The notes under the pieces were generated by a model. It saw only the letters and a program-made list of their open reading frames with translations. It made no database searches and had not been told where the DNA came from. 64,000 nucleotides of DNA from a virus (Duplodnaviria > Caudoviricetes). Position numbers and translations under genes: made by a program. Shown piece after piece: positions 1 through 11,700 of this stretch. How positions within the stretch are numbered: position 1 is the first letter of the stretch; every line of letters starts with the position of its first letter. The stretch covers positions 32,001 through 96,000 of IMG/VR virus record IMGVR_UViG_3300028591_000007. One strand, written 5' to 3'.

Positions 1-138
1 ATTCAAATCAATTGTTGTATTAGAAGATACTATAAGTTGTTTAGTTATTTTGTAATTACCTGGACTAAATGTTATTGAACCTTTTTCATTTAATTTTGTT
101 TGAATGGTTTTCATATCATCAGTTTTATTTACTAACAT
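1..138 (-). CDS. 5' part of a probable right-handed beta-helix (pectate-lyase-like) protein, runs off the left edge
   Basis: Manual translation MLVNKTDDMKTIQTKLNEKGSITFSPGNYKITKQLIVSSNTTIDLN after AAGGAGG RBS; resembles beta-helix N-terminal cap. Confidence 0.55.
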   Translation of the reverse strand, partial: MLVNKTDDMKTIQTKLNEKGSITFSPGNYKITKQLIVSSNTTIDLN

Positions 139-185
139 TTTATTAGTTCCTCCTTATACCTATTTTGATTTGTTTTAAGAAAAGT

Positions 186-3100
186 CTACGATACTCCAAT
201 AACACAATCCATAACATTACTGCTTAACTCGTCATCATTATTATCAGTTGTAACTATACAGAAATAATAAGTACTATCGTAAGTTAATCCAGTAATATCT
301 TTAGTTGTTTCTTTCTCGCTAAGAGTAGTAACAATATTATCAGTATCATCACAATTAGGATTCTCACCAATCTTACCATAAAGTTTAATTGATTTGAATG
401 TTGTACTATCAGGTTGAACTAAAGTATAATCAATTGTTGCAGTGTTATCATTCACATCTATTGAGTTAATAACGGGAGACAATGAATTATTACCAGTTTC
501 AACTTTAATAGTTTTAGTAAATGTGTAATACCTTATTGGATGCTCTGGGTCGCTATCATCTGCCGTATAATACGGAAAGAATCCATAGTAATAAGTCTTA
601 CCTATTTTGATGTCTTCATCCTTATATCCTTTAGTCTTATATTTATCTCTTGTTTGAACAGATACAACTTTCTTACCGTCCCATCTGTGAAGCGGTGCAG
701 AATCTTCTTTACGAACTATTGTTGTTCCTTCCCAATTACAAGGATAAGGTTCCCATGTATCAATATCTGGTGGATCAGTCCATTTAAGCTGGATGTAGGG
801 TTTTGAACCTTGATCAAAAGTACCTTCAAATTTTGGATATTGACTTTCTTGTACCCAAAATCCAGGATATTGATATCTTGCAGTTGCATGCCAATGATCA
901 GTTCCATATCTTGACATCGCTAATTCTGCATAATCTCCAAATTGTGCTTGAGAAATTACTGGATCAGTTATTCGTGTTCCTCCGTATTCTTCATATTTCC
1001 AAGAACCACCCCCATATGTGTGATAATTTGGATTATAATTAATTATATAAACTTCATAAGATTCTATATCTATTACTTTTGTTATAATTGTATTTTCAGT
1101 TTGACCAAGTATTTCTTCTTCTGTTGGATAATAATCTTCTTGTCCTAAAAAGTGTTCTGCATTATATGAAGAATAATCATAAATATTTTTACCAAATAAA
1201 TCTCTATAACCTTGCCATTCTTTTGTTCCAACATATGTCCAAGAACCATTAATATAAACATATAAAGGCCAACAAAAATCATTATCTGGATCATTTACAT
1301 CTTGATGTACTACTGGGTCATCATGCTGGTAATTTTTAACTTGTACATAATCACCTTCAATAATATCTATTTGTTGTCCACCAACAGTAATAGGATTAGT
1401 AGTATCACCATCTTTTATATAAGAGTCTGCAGGATATGAAGAAGTCATATATAAATGATTTTGACTTAAATCCAGAGTGCCCGCTGTCCCCTTAACAAAC
1501 ACAGCTTCACAATTCATTGGTTCGTCAAGTAATCTATAACCACAGTTACGCATATATTCAATTAAATCAAATGGCGTCATTAATTCAATATTATTTTGAT
1601 CGTTTGAACCAGATTTAGAACTAGCTTGATAATTTGTAAAGACTGGACTACGCATATCACCTTTTGCAGTATACTTATCCATCATCTTTTGTATACCTTC
1701 AAGTTCTCTCTCTAATATATATGTATAAAAGTGAGACTCTTCTCCAGTTATTTTATCAGTAAAATCAATTCTAATTCTATCACCAGTATCTCTTACAAGA
1801 TCTGCAAATGTAGTTAATTGACATGGTGTATATATTCTATTTCTTATATTATTATATCCTTGATTAAACAAAGCGTCAGGTGATACAGTTCCTTTTGCAA
1901 TATCTTTACCAAACAATTTATTTCTTATTACTTTATACTTGTTAATCATTTTCTTAATATCTTCATTATCAGATTTTGTAACAAGATAAGAACAAAACAT
2001 ATTATTAGTACAAGTAAATGTTTGTATTTGTGATTTCTGTTCAGCAGCATATTGTGCTTTATTCAACTTGTGATAATTTATTTCGGTATTATCATCTAAT
2101 ATAAATTTCATTACCAAAATATCTTGAACTTGATAATAGTCATGTTGAAAACCTTTAACTATTTCACTGTTATCAAATTTAGATTCTGGTATTTTATCAA
2201 TATTATCATCTTCATCAACGCTTGGTAATGGTTTGAATGATAATATACATCTTTCATAGTTATTATATTTACTTGGATGTTTTTCTTCCGGTGTTGGTTT
2301 GATTGTTTCTGGATCAACAAAGTAACCATCTTTGAATCTATCAGTTCTTATAATAGGATAACGTCCAGCTAATAATCCAATATCTTCTAAGAATTTACCA
2401 GCAGATAAAGCACCAGCACTCATAATTTTTGGATCTTGATAAAACTCTAATTCAAGTATATCCATATATCCATAACGTTCATATTCTTCTTCGCCTGGTT
2501 CGGATGGTATATACCTTTCATTTCCTTTTTTAAGAATATCTTCGTCGATCATTATTGGCATACCAAGACCAGTATAACCATTACCTTCTTCATAATCATC
2601 TCTACCATATTCATAGGGATTAGTTATTGTATTACCAACCTTCATTACAATTTTCTTTTCTTTTGTTTCTGGATCTATTTCTGGTTCATAAACAACTGGA
2701 TCATATGCTGCTAAATGTTCTATCAAATCAGTTAATGCTTCTTTAATAGTCCATTTTTTTTTAGGATCTCGTATCCAGTTCTCATCCCAATCATCTGGTT
2801 TCTTAACTTCTTCACCAGATTCATTTGTCATATCTTCATAATCTGATTGTAGTTTATTAATGCCTTCAAATAAATGTTTATACCAGTTGAATATATCCAT
2901 TTCTCTTAACCACATTAAGAAATCATATCCGGTTATCTGTCTTGAATAACCATCATCAACTAGTTTATCTTCTTCAATTTTAAACATTCCAAGATAGATT
3001 AATGTAGAAGAATCACCATTGAAATACATATATGCTTCAACACAGGCATTACCAAGTAATTCACCAACAATCTTTCTTTCAGTTCCATTTGGGTCTGTTT

Positions 3101-3518
3101 CTACAAATTCATATTTTTGAAGATTTGGTATAACGGGTTCCCAGTATCCTTTTTCTTCATTATATTCTTTTTCATTCCTTATAGTAAACTGTATTTGTGC
3201 AGCATTACAAGATGAGAATGTTAAATTGTTATCAGAATTTAATGAATTAGAATATTTAAACTTTTCTTTAACAATATCTTTATTTGTAATAACCCATTCT
3301 ACTGGTTTATAAATGTAATTTCCATGACTATCTTTTGCAGGTATTGGTTTCTTATTTGGTTCATCACCAATCCATTCCCATTCGGGCATTTTTGATGTTA
3401 TTATTGGTTCGGAACCAGGTACTTTTTCAACTTCAGTAGCATGAGGGACTATTAAGATGTCTCGATGCACGCCCTTACCAAATTCATCTCTTATATCACT
3501 TGTATAATCCCAACGCAT
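186..3518 (-). CDS. Tail-tip/baseplate hub-like protein, MRWDY paralog 3, with C-terminal FN3-like domains
   Basis: 1110 aa; N-terminal ~650 aa clearly paralogous to 5167..8727 and 8756..12259; QLKWTDP..VRKE..P..DG..YYYGFFPY FN3-like module; downstream of tail genes. Confidence 0.65.
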   Translation of the reverse strand: MRWDYTSDIRDEFGKGVHRDILIVPHATEVEKVPGSEPIITSKMPEWEWIGDEPNKKPIPAKDSHGNYIYKPVEWVITNKDIVKEKFKYSNSLNSDNNLTFSSCNAAQIQFTIRNEKEYNEEKGYWEPVIPNLQKYEFVETDPNGTERKIVGELLGNACVEAYMYFNGDSSTLIYLGMFKIEEDKLVDDGYSRQITGYDFLMWLREMDIFNWYKHLFEGINKLQSDYEDMTNESGEEVKKPDDWDENWIRDPKKKWTIKEALTDLIEHLAAYDPVVYEPEIDPETKEKKIVMKVGNTITNPYEYGRDDYEEGNGYTGLGMPIMIDEDILKKGNERYIPSEPGEEEYERYGYMDILELEFYQDPKIMSAGALSAGKFLEDIGLLAGRYPIIRTDRFKDGYFVDPETIKPTPEEKHPSKYNNYERCILSFKPLPSVDEDDNIDKIPESKFDNSEIVKGFQHDYYQVQDILVMKFILDDNTEINYHKLNKAQYAAEQKSQIQTFTCTNNMFCSYLVTKSDNEDIKKMINKYKVIRNKLFGKDIAKGTVSPDALFNQGYNNIRNRIYTPCQLTTFADLVRDTGDRIRIDFTDKITGEESHFYTYILERELEGIQKMMDKYTAKGDMRSPVFTNYQASSKSGSNDQNNIELMTPFDLIEYMRNCGYRLLDEPMNCEAVFVKGTAGTLDLSQNHLYMTSSYPADSYIKDGDTTNPITVGGQQIDIIEGDYVQVKNYQHDDPVVHQDVNDPDNDFCWPLYVYINGSWTYVGTKEWQGYRDLFGKNIYDYSSYNAEHFLGQEDYYPTEEEILGQTENTIITKVIDIESYEVYIINYNPNYHTYGGGSWKYEEYGGTRITDPVISQAQFGDYAELAMSRYGTDHWHATARYQYPGFWVQESQYPKFEGTFDQGSKPYIQLKWTDPPDIDTWEPYPCNWEGTTIVRKEDSAPLHRWDGKKVVSVQTRDKYKTKGYKDEDIKIGKTYYYGFFPYYTADDSDPEHPIRYYTFTKTIKVETGNNSLSPVINSIDVNDNTATIDYTLVQPDSTTFKSIKLYGKIGENPNCDDTDNIVTTLSEKETTKDITGLTYDSTYYFCIVTTDNNDDELSSNVMDCVIGVS

Positions 3519-3556
3519 GTAATATTTGTCTCCTTTCTACCTATTTTGAATTATTC

Positions 3557-4246
3557 CTATGTATTTTCTCGTAGAAATGTTATCCTAGCATATCCATTAC
3601 CAATTTTAGGCTTGCCACTTACAGGAGTTTCACTTGCTTCATTTACTGATTCTGTCTTTGTCGATTCAGCACTTGAAGTGGAAATATTATAACCAACCAT
3701 CTTTTTATTAGATAATAGAGAATTACCAATATATCCTGAGCCTGCTCCACCACCAGTATTTTTATCAACTAATGAACCATTTATGTATAAGTTTTCATAA
3801 TTTGCAGTTGTATAAAATATGTATGGCGGAAGACTTTCATTAGAATTAGAATCATATGAATAATTTTTTCCTTCATAATTTCTAGTTGATAAGTTCCAAG
3901 CTACAGATTGAGCTTCTATACCATCACTGATATGAAACTTTGAACCATATAATACATTACTTCCAGAAAGATTTATTGATTGGTCATATGCTATACAATT
4001 GTCAACACCACTTACAAGATCATTACGAAGATATAAATCAGTTACATCATCTATATGATTTAGCCTAAACAAATAACCATAAGCAGTACTATAAGAATTC
4101 ATTAATAGAGTATTACAATTAGGAACAAGTTCTTGACCCATTGCCATTAATTCATCAAGTGTCAAACTAAGTGTTTCGCCTGTCCATGAACTTCTTAAAG
4201 TAACAACTGTGCTTCCAGGTGGTTGTAATAAACCTTTAACTCCCAT
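3557..4246 (-). CDS. Putative tail-associated protein: unique N-domain plus final third of a glycine-rich domain
   Basis: C-term GGGAGSGYIGN..NKKM..GNGYARIT; RBS GAAAGGA. Confidence 0.6.
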   Translation of the reverse strand: MGVKGLLQPPGSTVVTLRSSWTGETLSLTLDELMAMGQELVPNCNTLLMNSYSTAYGYLFRLNHIDDVTDLYLRNDLVSGVDNCIAYDQSINLSGSNVLYGSKFHISDGIEAQSVAWNLSTRNYEGKNYSYDSNSNESLPPYIFYTTANYENLYINGSLVDKNTGGGAGSGYIGNSLLSNKKMVGYNISTSSAESTKTESVNEASETPVSGKPKIGNGYARITFLRENT

Positions 4247-4273
4247 TTATATTTCCTTTCTACTCATTTTGAA

Positions 4274-5029
4274 TTATACAACAATACCTTTATACCCACC
4301 ATACAGACCGCCACCTCCACCAGATACATTAGAACTAGATTCACCTTGTCCAAAAGCATATCCAGTAGTCTGATCTGCAGAATTAGTACTATTTCCGCTT
4401 ATACCGCCAGCATCCGCTCCTGTGTATTCCGTTTCACCAATAAGCATACCACCACCGCCTCCACCTGAGACAATCAATATATCTGAGAGATTGTTGGAAA
4501 GTGATGATAACTGTCCTGTGACTTTGGCTATATGTGTTGCTCCACCACCATTGGATATGTAAGTTTGGACAGGAGGTATATAGCTCTTTATTGCAAGATA
4601 TGTATTACGTTGGTCTTCTGGTCGACCTTCTGAAACCATAGGATAGATACGATATTGACTTGGGTATGAAACTGAATGATAACATGAATAAAACATACCG
4701 ATTTCATTTGTTTCATCTACAGCAAAACCAAAACCAATAAAATCCATATCATTATATCCACCAGAACTTGCACCACCGCAAACTTGATTATTATAATATA
4801 ATTGAAAACCATATTGGTTCGGATAAGTGGATGCTAATGCATCTATTTTCATTATACCATTGTCATAGATGGTGTGCCACTCGTTATCTACTGTTATATA
4901 CCCGATAAGATTAGTACCTTCAATATATAAATCATTATTGTCACTGACTGGATAATTATAATAATCGGTACTTAATGATTTACTAGTAACAAAATTATCA
5001 AGTGTTAAATCTACAACTTCCCAAGCCAC
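4274..5029 (-). CDS. Putative tail-associated protein: unique N-domain plus middle third of a glycine-rich domain
   Basis: C-term GGGATHIA..ILIVSGGGGGG..FGQG..GGGGGLYGG; GTG start. Confidence 0.6.
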   Translation of the reverse strand: MAWEVVDLTLDNFVTSKSLSTDYYNYPVSDNNDLYIEGTNLIGYITVDNEWHTIYDNGIMKIDALASTYPNQYGFQLYYNNQVCGGASSGGYNDMDFIGFGFAVDETNEIGMFYSCYHSVSYPSQYRIYPMVSEGRPEDQRNTYLAIKSYIPPVQTYISNGGGATHIAKVTGQLSSLSNNLSDILIVSGGGGGGMLIGETEYTGADAGGISGNSTNSADQTTGYAFGQGESSSNVSGGGGGLYGGYKGIVV

Positions 5030-5065
5030 ACTCTCACCCTTCTTTCCATAAAATATCTATAATCT

Positions 5066-5147
5066 TACGCCTTACACCAATTAAGGTATTATTCCCAATT
5101 GTAAGCGACCCACTCCATCACGTCTACAGCCTTTCCGCCACCGAGTT
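5066..5147 (-). ncRNA. Truncated tRNA-like element (D-loop-like 5' end plus hairpin, no T-arm seen)
   Basis: CTCGGTGGCGGAAAGGCTGTAGACG resembles the 5' ends of elements at 53012-53129 and 54197-54329; followed by CGCTTACAATTGG...TTAATTGGTGTAAGGCG stem. Confidence 0.4.
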
Positions 5148-5166
5148 GTTTACTACCTATTTTGAA

Positions 5167-8100
5167 TTATTTGACGGTTAAAACTATATTCTTTACATGA
5201 TATATACCGTCGCCACCTTCTATACCAATATAATCTACATATGGTACTTCATTATTATTTATAAATTCTTCAGCATTATGCCAATTCTCATCTGAAGGAT
5301 ACTTACATCCTAATGATGTCATATTCCAATCATTATTACTTCCAATATATGCTATCCAGAATCCAACTCTGTCATAACCACCGCCCCAGTGATACTGATT
5401 TGTTACAGCATAGTCAGCAGTAATCTTTATAATATTTTTCTTTATTCTCTTGATTGGAATCCAGAATACACTATCTGATCTATTAGCTCCTCTACCAGCT
5501 CGTTTTAATTCACCATTTTCTTTAATAGTAGTATATAACCATTGATTACCAATAAGAAGATTCCATTCTGTTAAGAAATAATCTTGATATAAGTAAGTGG
5601 GGACATAACCATGCTCATTTCCATAAACAGCATCTGTCTTATATTTTGTCATATCCCAATTATCAACTAATAGACTTGAATTAAAATCATTAGTAAAGAA
5701 ATCTATGTTATCAGTACCATCCCATACATTACTTGATATTGAATTGATCTCAACTTTAATAACTTTAGTGTATCTAAAGAAATTAATGTCATGTCCATCT
5801 TCTTCTCTATTCTTGTAATATGGGAAGAAACCATAATAATAAGTTTTGCCGAATTCAATATCTTCATCATTGTATGCAATATCTTTATAAGCATTCTTAT
5901 TACTTAAAGTAGTTCTAACAATCTCTGTACCATCCCACATATGTTTTGGTGCTGCATTTTCTTTACGAACTACTACAGTTCCTTGCCAATCAGCTGGAGT
6001 AGGTTTCCATGAATCAATATCATCAGGGTCTTCCCATTGCAATTCTACATGATCTTTAGTATTTTGTGATACTGGATTTTCATGTAAATCAGGATAACCA
6101 CTCGTACAATCAACCCATACTCCAGGATATTGATATGTAGCCGCTATTTGATTCCAATGTTCTTCTTCTTGAGATGTTAGTCTTAAATTAGGTAATACAT
6201 CGTCTGTTAAATGCCCATACGAATTACCATCTATACATATAATATCACCGAGTTCAATATTTATAGTTTGTCCATTTACTTTTAAAACATTTGTTGTATC
6301 GCCATATTTTAAATCATTAGGCTCAAATATCCAATGTTTTGTTGGATCTTCTTTCCATTCTTCAGGATAGCCGCAATCATTAATTGGACTATTTTCATCA
6401 TATGGATCTTTACCAAAAAATTCCCATTTACCATTTACTGTATAAAAAGCAAATTCTGGATAATCACTATAAGGATATGTATTCCAACCCATATATGCTA
6501 TTGGATTTCCACTTGATGTTATATCATGAGGTTCCCATTCTTGTAACTCTTCATTCCAATATTCGCATTTAAGACCATGAGTACTTGGATCATCTTGTAC
6601 TGGTGTTTCGCCATCCCATGTTTCATCTGGATCATAAATAGCTCCATAGAAATTTAAAGGAGAAACTTCGCCACCTTCACTTCCTTCAACAAATATTGCA
6701 CTAGCTTCTATTGGTTCGTCAAGTAATCTAATACCAACATTTCTTAAATAAGATACTAACGAACCTGGTGTTACTGCAATATCTTCAGATCCATCACTTA
6801 ATTTATTACTTATACTATTACGATAACCTAACATTAATACATTTATATCAAAACCACTTTGATAAGTTGTACCAGCTTGATAGTTACTAAATGTTGGATT
6901 AGTTAAAGCGCCTTTAGCTTCATAGGTATCCATCATTTTCTGTACACCTTCAAGTGTTCTTTCAAGTATAAATGTATAGAATTGAGTCTTTTCACCAGTT
7001 ACCTTATCTTCAAAATTAATAAGTATTCTATCACCAACATCTCTTACTGGATCACCATATGTTGTAAGTTTGTATGGAACATAAGATCTGTTTTTGATAT
7101 TATTATAGCCTTGATAGAACAATGCATCACTAGTCATATTATTATTCTTCTTCTCTTTACCAAATAGTTTTGTTTTTATTTTCTTATACTCTTCTATATT
7201 TTTTGCAATGTCTTTATTATCACTTTCTTCAACAAGATAAGAACAAAACATATTATTGTTAAAAGAGAATTCTTGTAATGCATGGTCATCAGCATCTTTT
7301 TGTTGTTGTTTGGTTAATCTTTTATATTCAACATTATTACCATCATCCATACCTATTTTGATTATTAAGACATCCTTTACTGTGAATAAAGAATGTTCAA
7401 ACCCTTTAGCAATATCATTATTTGAGAATTGCTGTTCAGGTTGTAATTTAGTTTGTCCGCTTGAATAAGCATCATCTTTACTTGAAGGTAATGGTCTAAA
7501 TGATAATACACATCTTTCATAGTTATTGTATTTATTTGGATGTGGTTCTTTCTCAGTTGGAACTATTGTACTTGGGTCTATATAGTTACCATCTTCTATC
7601 TTGTCAGGTCTTATAAATGGATAACGTCCAGCTAATAAACCTATATCTTCCAAGAATTTACCCATTGATAATGAACCAGACTTTATTATTTTTGGATCTT
7701 CCATAAATTCTAGTTCAAGTATTTTCATATATCCATAACGTTCGTATTCATCTTCACCTGGTTCGCTTGGAATATATGGTTCTGTACCTTTTGTCATAAT
7801 GTCTGTATCTAACATTACTGGCATACCAAGACCTGAATAACCGCAACCATCACCGTAATCTCTTGCATAGACTGAAGGATTTGTAGTAGTTGCACCAACT
7901 AATGCTTTCTGTACATCACTATCCCATACAATCATATCAAAAGATGCTAAGTGATCAATAAGATCTTGTAAAGCATCTTTTACTGTCCATTTTGATTTTT
8001 TCTTTCTAATCCAATTTTCTTTTGAATCATACTTGTCAGGTTTCTTTTCTTCTTCACCTGTTTTGTTTGTATAATCCAAATAATCATTATCAAGTTTATT

Positions 8101-8727
8101 TATACCTGTAAAGAGATGTTTATACCAGTTGAATATATCCATATCTCGGAAGGTTGCCATAAAGTCATAAGCTGTAATTTCTCTATTATAACCATTATCA
8201 ACAGCTTTGTCTTCTTCAACTCTAAACATTCCTAAACACAATAATGTACTTGAATCACCATTAATATATGTATATACTTTTATTATATAATTTCCATTTA
8301 ACTCACCTAATAACAAATTACCATTATTATCATATTTGTAATAGTATTGTAGATTAGGTATATCCAATTCCCAAGTATCAGTATCTGGGTTGTATTCTTT
8401 ATTATTCCTTATTGTAAATTGTACCATTGCTGAAGATGCAGAAGTAAATGATATATTATCAGATGGATTTAAACTAAATGAATATTTAAACTTCTCTTTA
8501 ACAATATCCTTGTTTGTTATTGTCCAGTCAACATCTGTATAAATATAGTTTCCATGACTATCTGTTTTAGGTGTTCCATCATCATTAAACTCTGGTACTT
8601 TTGAAGTTACTATCGGATCATTTCCAGGTACTTTTATTACATTAGTAGCATGAGGGACTATTAATATATCTCTATGAGGTCCCTTGCTGAATTCATCTCT
8701 GTATTCATCATTGTAATCCCATCTCAT
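5167..8727 (-). CDS. Tail-tip/baseplate hub-like protein, MRWDY paralog 2, distinct C-terminal domain
   Basis: 1186 aa; paralogous N-terminus and FN3-like module; unique aromatic-rich C-terminal ~190 aa. Confidence 0.65.
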   Translation of the reverse strand: MRWDYNDEYRDEFSKGPHRDILIVPHATNVIKVPGNDPIVTSKVPEFNDDGTPKTDSHGNYIYTDVDWTITNKDIVKEKFKYSFSLNPSDNISFTSASSAMVQFTIRNNKEYNPDTDTWELDIPNLQYYYKYDNNGNLLLGELNGNYIIKVYTYINGDSSTLLCLGMFRVEEDKAVDNGYNREITAYDFMATFRDMDIFNWYKHLFTGINKLDNDYLDYTNKTGEEEKKPDKYDSKENWIRKKKSKWTVKDALQDLIDHLASFDMIVWDSDVQKALVGATTTNPSVYARDYGDGCGYSGLGMPVMLDTDIMTKGTEPYIPSEPGEDEYERYGYMKILELEFMEDPKIIKSGSLSMGKFLEDIGLLAGRYPFIRPDKIEDGNYIDPSTIVPTEKEPHPNKYNNYERCVLSFRPLPSSKDDAYSSGQTKLQPEQQFSNNDIAKGFEHSLFTVKDVLIIKIGMDDGNNVEYKRLTKQQQKDADDHALQEFSFNNNMFCSYLVEESDNKDIAKNIEEYKKIKTKLFGKEKKNNNMTSDALFYQGYNNIKNRSYVPYKLTTYGDPVRDVGDRILINFEDKVTGEKTQFYTFILERTLEGVQKMMDTYEAKGALTNPTFSNYQAGTTYQSGFDINVLMLGYRNSISNKLSDGSEDIAVTPGSLVSYLRNVGIRLLDEPIEASAIFVEGSEGGEVSPLNFYGAIYDPDETWDGETPVQDDPSTHGLKCEYWNEELQEWEPHDITSSGNPIAYMGWNTYPYSDYPEFAFYTVNGKWEFFGKDPYDENSPINDCGYPEEWKEDPTKHWIFEPNDLKYGDTTNVLKVNGQTINIELGDIICIDGNSYGHLTDDVLPNLRLTSQEEEHWNQIAATYQYPGVWVDCTSGYPDLHENPVSQNTKDHVELQWEDPDDIDSWKPTPADWQGTVVVRKENAAPKHMWDGTEIVRTTLSNKNAYKDIAYNDEDIEFGKTYYYGFFPYYKNREEDGHDINFFRYTKVIKVEINSISSNVWDGTDNIDFFTNDFNSSLLVDNWDMTKYKTDAVYGNEHGYVPTYLYQDYFLTEWNLLIGNQWLYTTIKENGELKRAGRGANRSDSVFWIPIKRIKKNIIKITADYAVTNQYHWGGGYDRVGFWIAYIGSNNDWNMTSLGCKYPSDENWHNAEEFINNNEVPYVDYIGIEGGDGIYHVKNIVLTVK

Positions 8728-8755
8728 ATTTTAATAGCCCCTCCTTTCTATTTAT

Positions 8756-11700
8756 CTACTCATTTTGATTTGTTGTACCGCCACCATTATATCCATCTTG
8801 TCCACCGACATTAACATAAAGTATATCACCTTGTTGTAATAATACTTCACCAACTGAATAAGAACCATAACCACCTCTTGCAGTATTAGTTCCATCAGTA
8901 GCATTACCACCTTGTGCACCCCATGTTTCAAGTTTATATATACCAGTCTTAGGTGCTATGAATGTTTGTATTGCTCCAGTGTAATCGAAATCTTGTTTCT
9001 TAAATTCTCCAATTGCTATACTTTCACTATTACTACTTATAGGTGTATCATTATTATCTATACAATGTATTGTAAAGTAATAAGTTGTACCATAACTTAA
9101 TCCAGTAACACCAATACTATCCTCATCAGTATCAATATCAAGAATTATATCATCTGTTTCATCACAACTTGGATAAGTATCTATCTTACCATAAAGTTTA
9201 ACACTCTTGTAACTAACATCTTCTGGTATTTCAATTGTATAATTAATAATTACAGTAGTCTCTTCTGCAATTATAGAATCAATTGAAGGTGCATAGATAG
9301 TAACACCAGTTTCAACTTTAATAGTTTTAGTAAATGTATAAAAGTTGATTGGATGGTCTGGGTCAGCTATTTTTGTATAGTATGGAAAGAATCCATAGTA
9401 ATATACTTTACCAGTCTCAATATCTTTATCTTTATATGCAGTATTTTTATATTTATCTCTTGTAGTAATACGAACAACTTTTTCACCATCCCATCGATGT
9501 AAAGGCGGTGAGTTTTCTTTACGAACTATTACAGTTCCTTCCCATGTTGCAGGTGTTGGTTTCCAATCAGTAATATCAGGTGGATCGGACCATTTAAGTT
9601 GGACACATTTTGTTACTTCAACTTTAATTTCAGTTTGATATCCATCTATACCCGAAGTGTTTGGATAACAATCAACCCATACACCTGGATATACATACCA
9701 AGCACCTTCTCCACTCCAATTAGGATCGTCATTAAAATTAGTATCTTGTAAATAAAAGTAATCGCCTAATTGTACAGTATAATCAACACCATTTATTTGT
9801 ATATTAGTAATAGTATCACCCGGTTTAAAACTCGGTGTTATAATTGTATTATAGTCATCGATTATCCTATTATAACCAGTCACATGCCATTTTCCATTTA
9901 CATCATAAAAATATGATTCCTCAAATACATCAATTGGAGGACCACTTGTTACATATTCCTCATTTTCTTCACTTGATAATAACCCATGATTACTTGTATC
10001 GCCTTCGGTTGGATAATTACCATCCCATGTTTGAACCATATCTTCAAGATCTTCATCATAATATTCAGTATAACATTTTGAATAACTACAAGTAGTTTTT
10101 TCACTTCCTGCACCTTTAACAAATTTAGCTTCACAACCAGTTGGTTCGTCTAAAAGCCTAATACCAAAATTACGCCAATATTGTACTAAATCAGAAGGTG
10201 ACATGCCTTTAGCTTCACTACCATCTGAACCACCAGAACTTGGTATTGCATTATAACCAAATGATTGAGCAGAGTAATTAGATCCACTTTGATAAGTAGA
10301 ACCATTTTGATAATTTGTAAAAACAGCACTAGAACTTTCTCCTTTAGCTTCATAAGTATCCATCATTTTCTGAATACCTTCCATGCTACGTTCTAGTATA
10401 TATGTATAGAAACTAGTATGCTCTCCAGTAATCTTATTTGTGAAATTTATCTTTATCCTATCACCAACATCTCTTACAGGATCTGCATATGTTGTAAGTT
10501 TATATGGAACATAAGATCTATACTTCATATTATAATAACCTTGAGCAAATAATGCTTTACTGCTCATGTTACCATTTTTATTAACAGTTTCCTTACCAAA
10601 TAACTTTTTTCTTATAGCTTTATATTCATCTAATTTCTTTTTAATATCTTCCTTATCAGACTTTGTAACAAGATACGTTGCAAACATATTATCACTAAAT
10701 GTAAATGTTTGAACGTTACCTGTTTCAGCTAATTTATGTTGTGATTTAGTTAATCTTTTATATTCTAATTCTGTTTTATCATCCATTTTGATTTTTATAA
10801 TCTCAATGTCATCGACTGTATAATTCTCATGTTGAAAGTCTTTAGCTATGTCATTATTATCAAAATTAGATTCAGGTATATTTATTAACTTTTTATCATC
10901 TTTACTTGTTGGTAATGGTTTAAATGATAATATACATCTTTCATAATTGTTGTAACGATTATCATATTTATGTTCTTCTCCAGAAGGTATATCTGCCGGA
11001 TCTTCAAAGTCATGCTCGTCAAACTTATCAGCTCGAATGAACGGATACCTTCCAGCTAATCTACCAATATCTTCTAAGAACTTGCCCATGCTTAAAGTTT
11101 TTCTTGACATTATGTTTGGATTTGCACAAAATTCCAAGTCAAGTATATCCATATAACCATAACATTCAAAAGCATCTTCTGCAGGTTCATCAGGTATTTT
11201 ATATTCTTTTTTAGTACTCGTTTCTGGATCTGGTAATATATCTGGATCAATCGTTACAGGCATACCTAAACCACTATAACCAGCACCTTCTTTATAGTCT
11301 CGTCCGTAATCATTCGGATTTGTTATAGTGTTACCTAATTTTGCAACTTTCTTTTTTACTTTCTTACCAGTTTGCGGATCTTTAACTGTTTCTTCTTCAA
11401 ACACAATTGGATCATAAGAACAGAAGTTTTTAATTAGATCTTCTAGAGCTTCTCTTATTGTCCATCTACCGTTTCTATCTGGAAATAATTCAGTTGATGG
11501 TTTTCTTATCCAGTTAATATCAGCATTATAATCATCTGGATTTGTTTCTTTTTTAGTAGATTTACTAGTAAAATCCATAAAGTCATCATCAAGTTTATTT
11601 ATACCAGTAAAGAGATGCTCATACCAATAATATATGTCACAATCTCTAAAGAAAGCCATAAAGTCATAAGCAGTTATTTGTCTTGAATAACCATTGTCTG

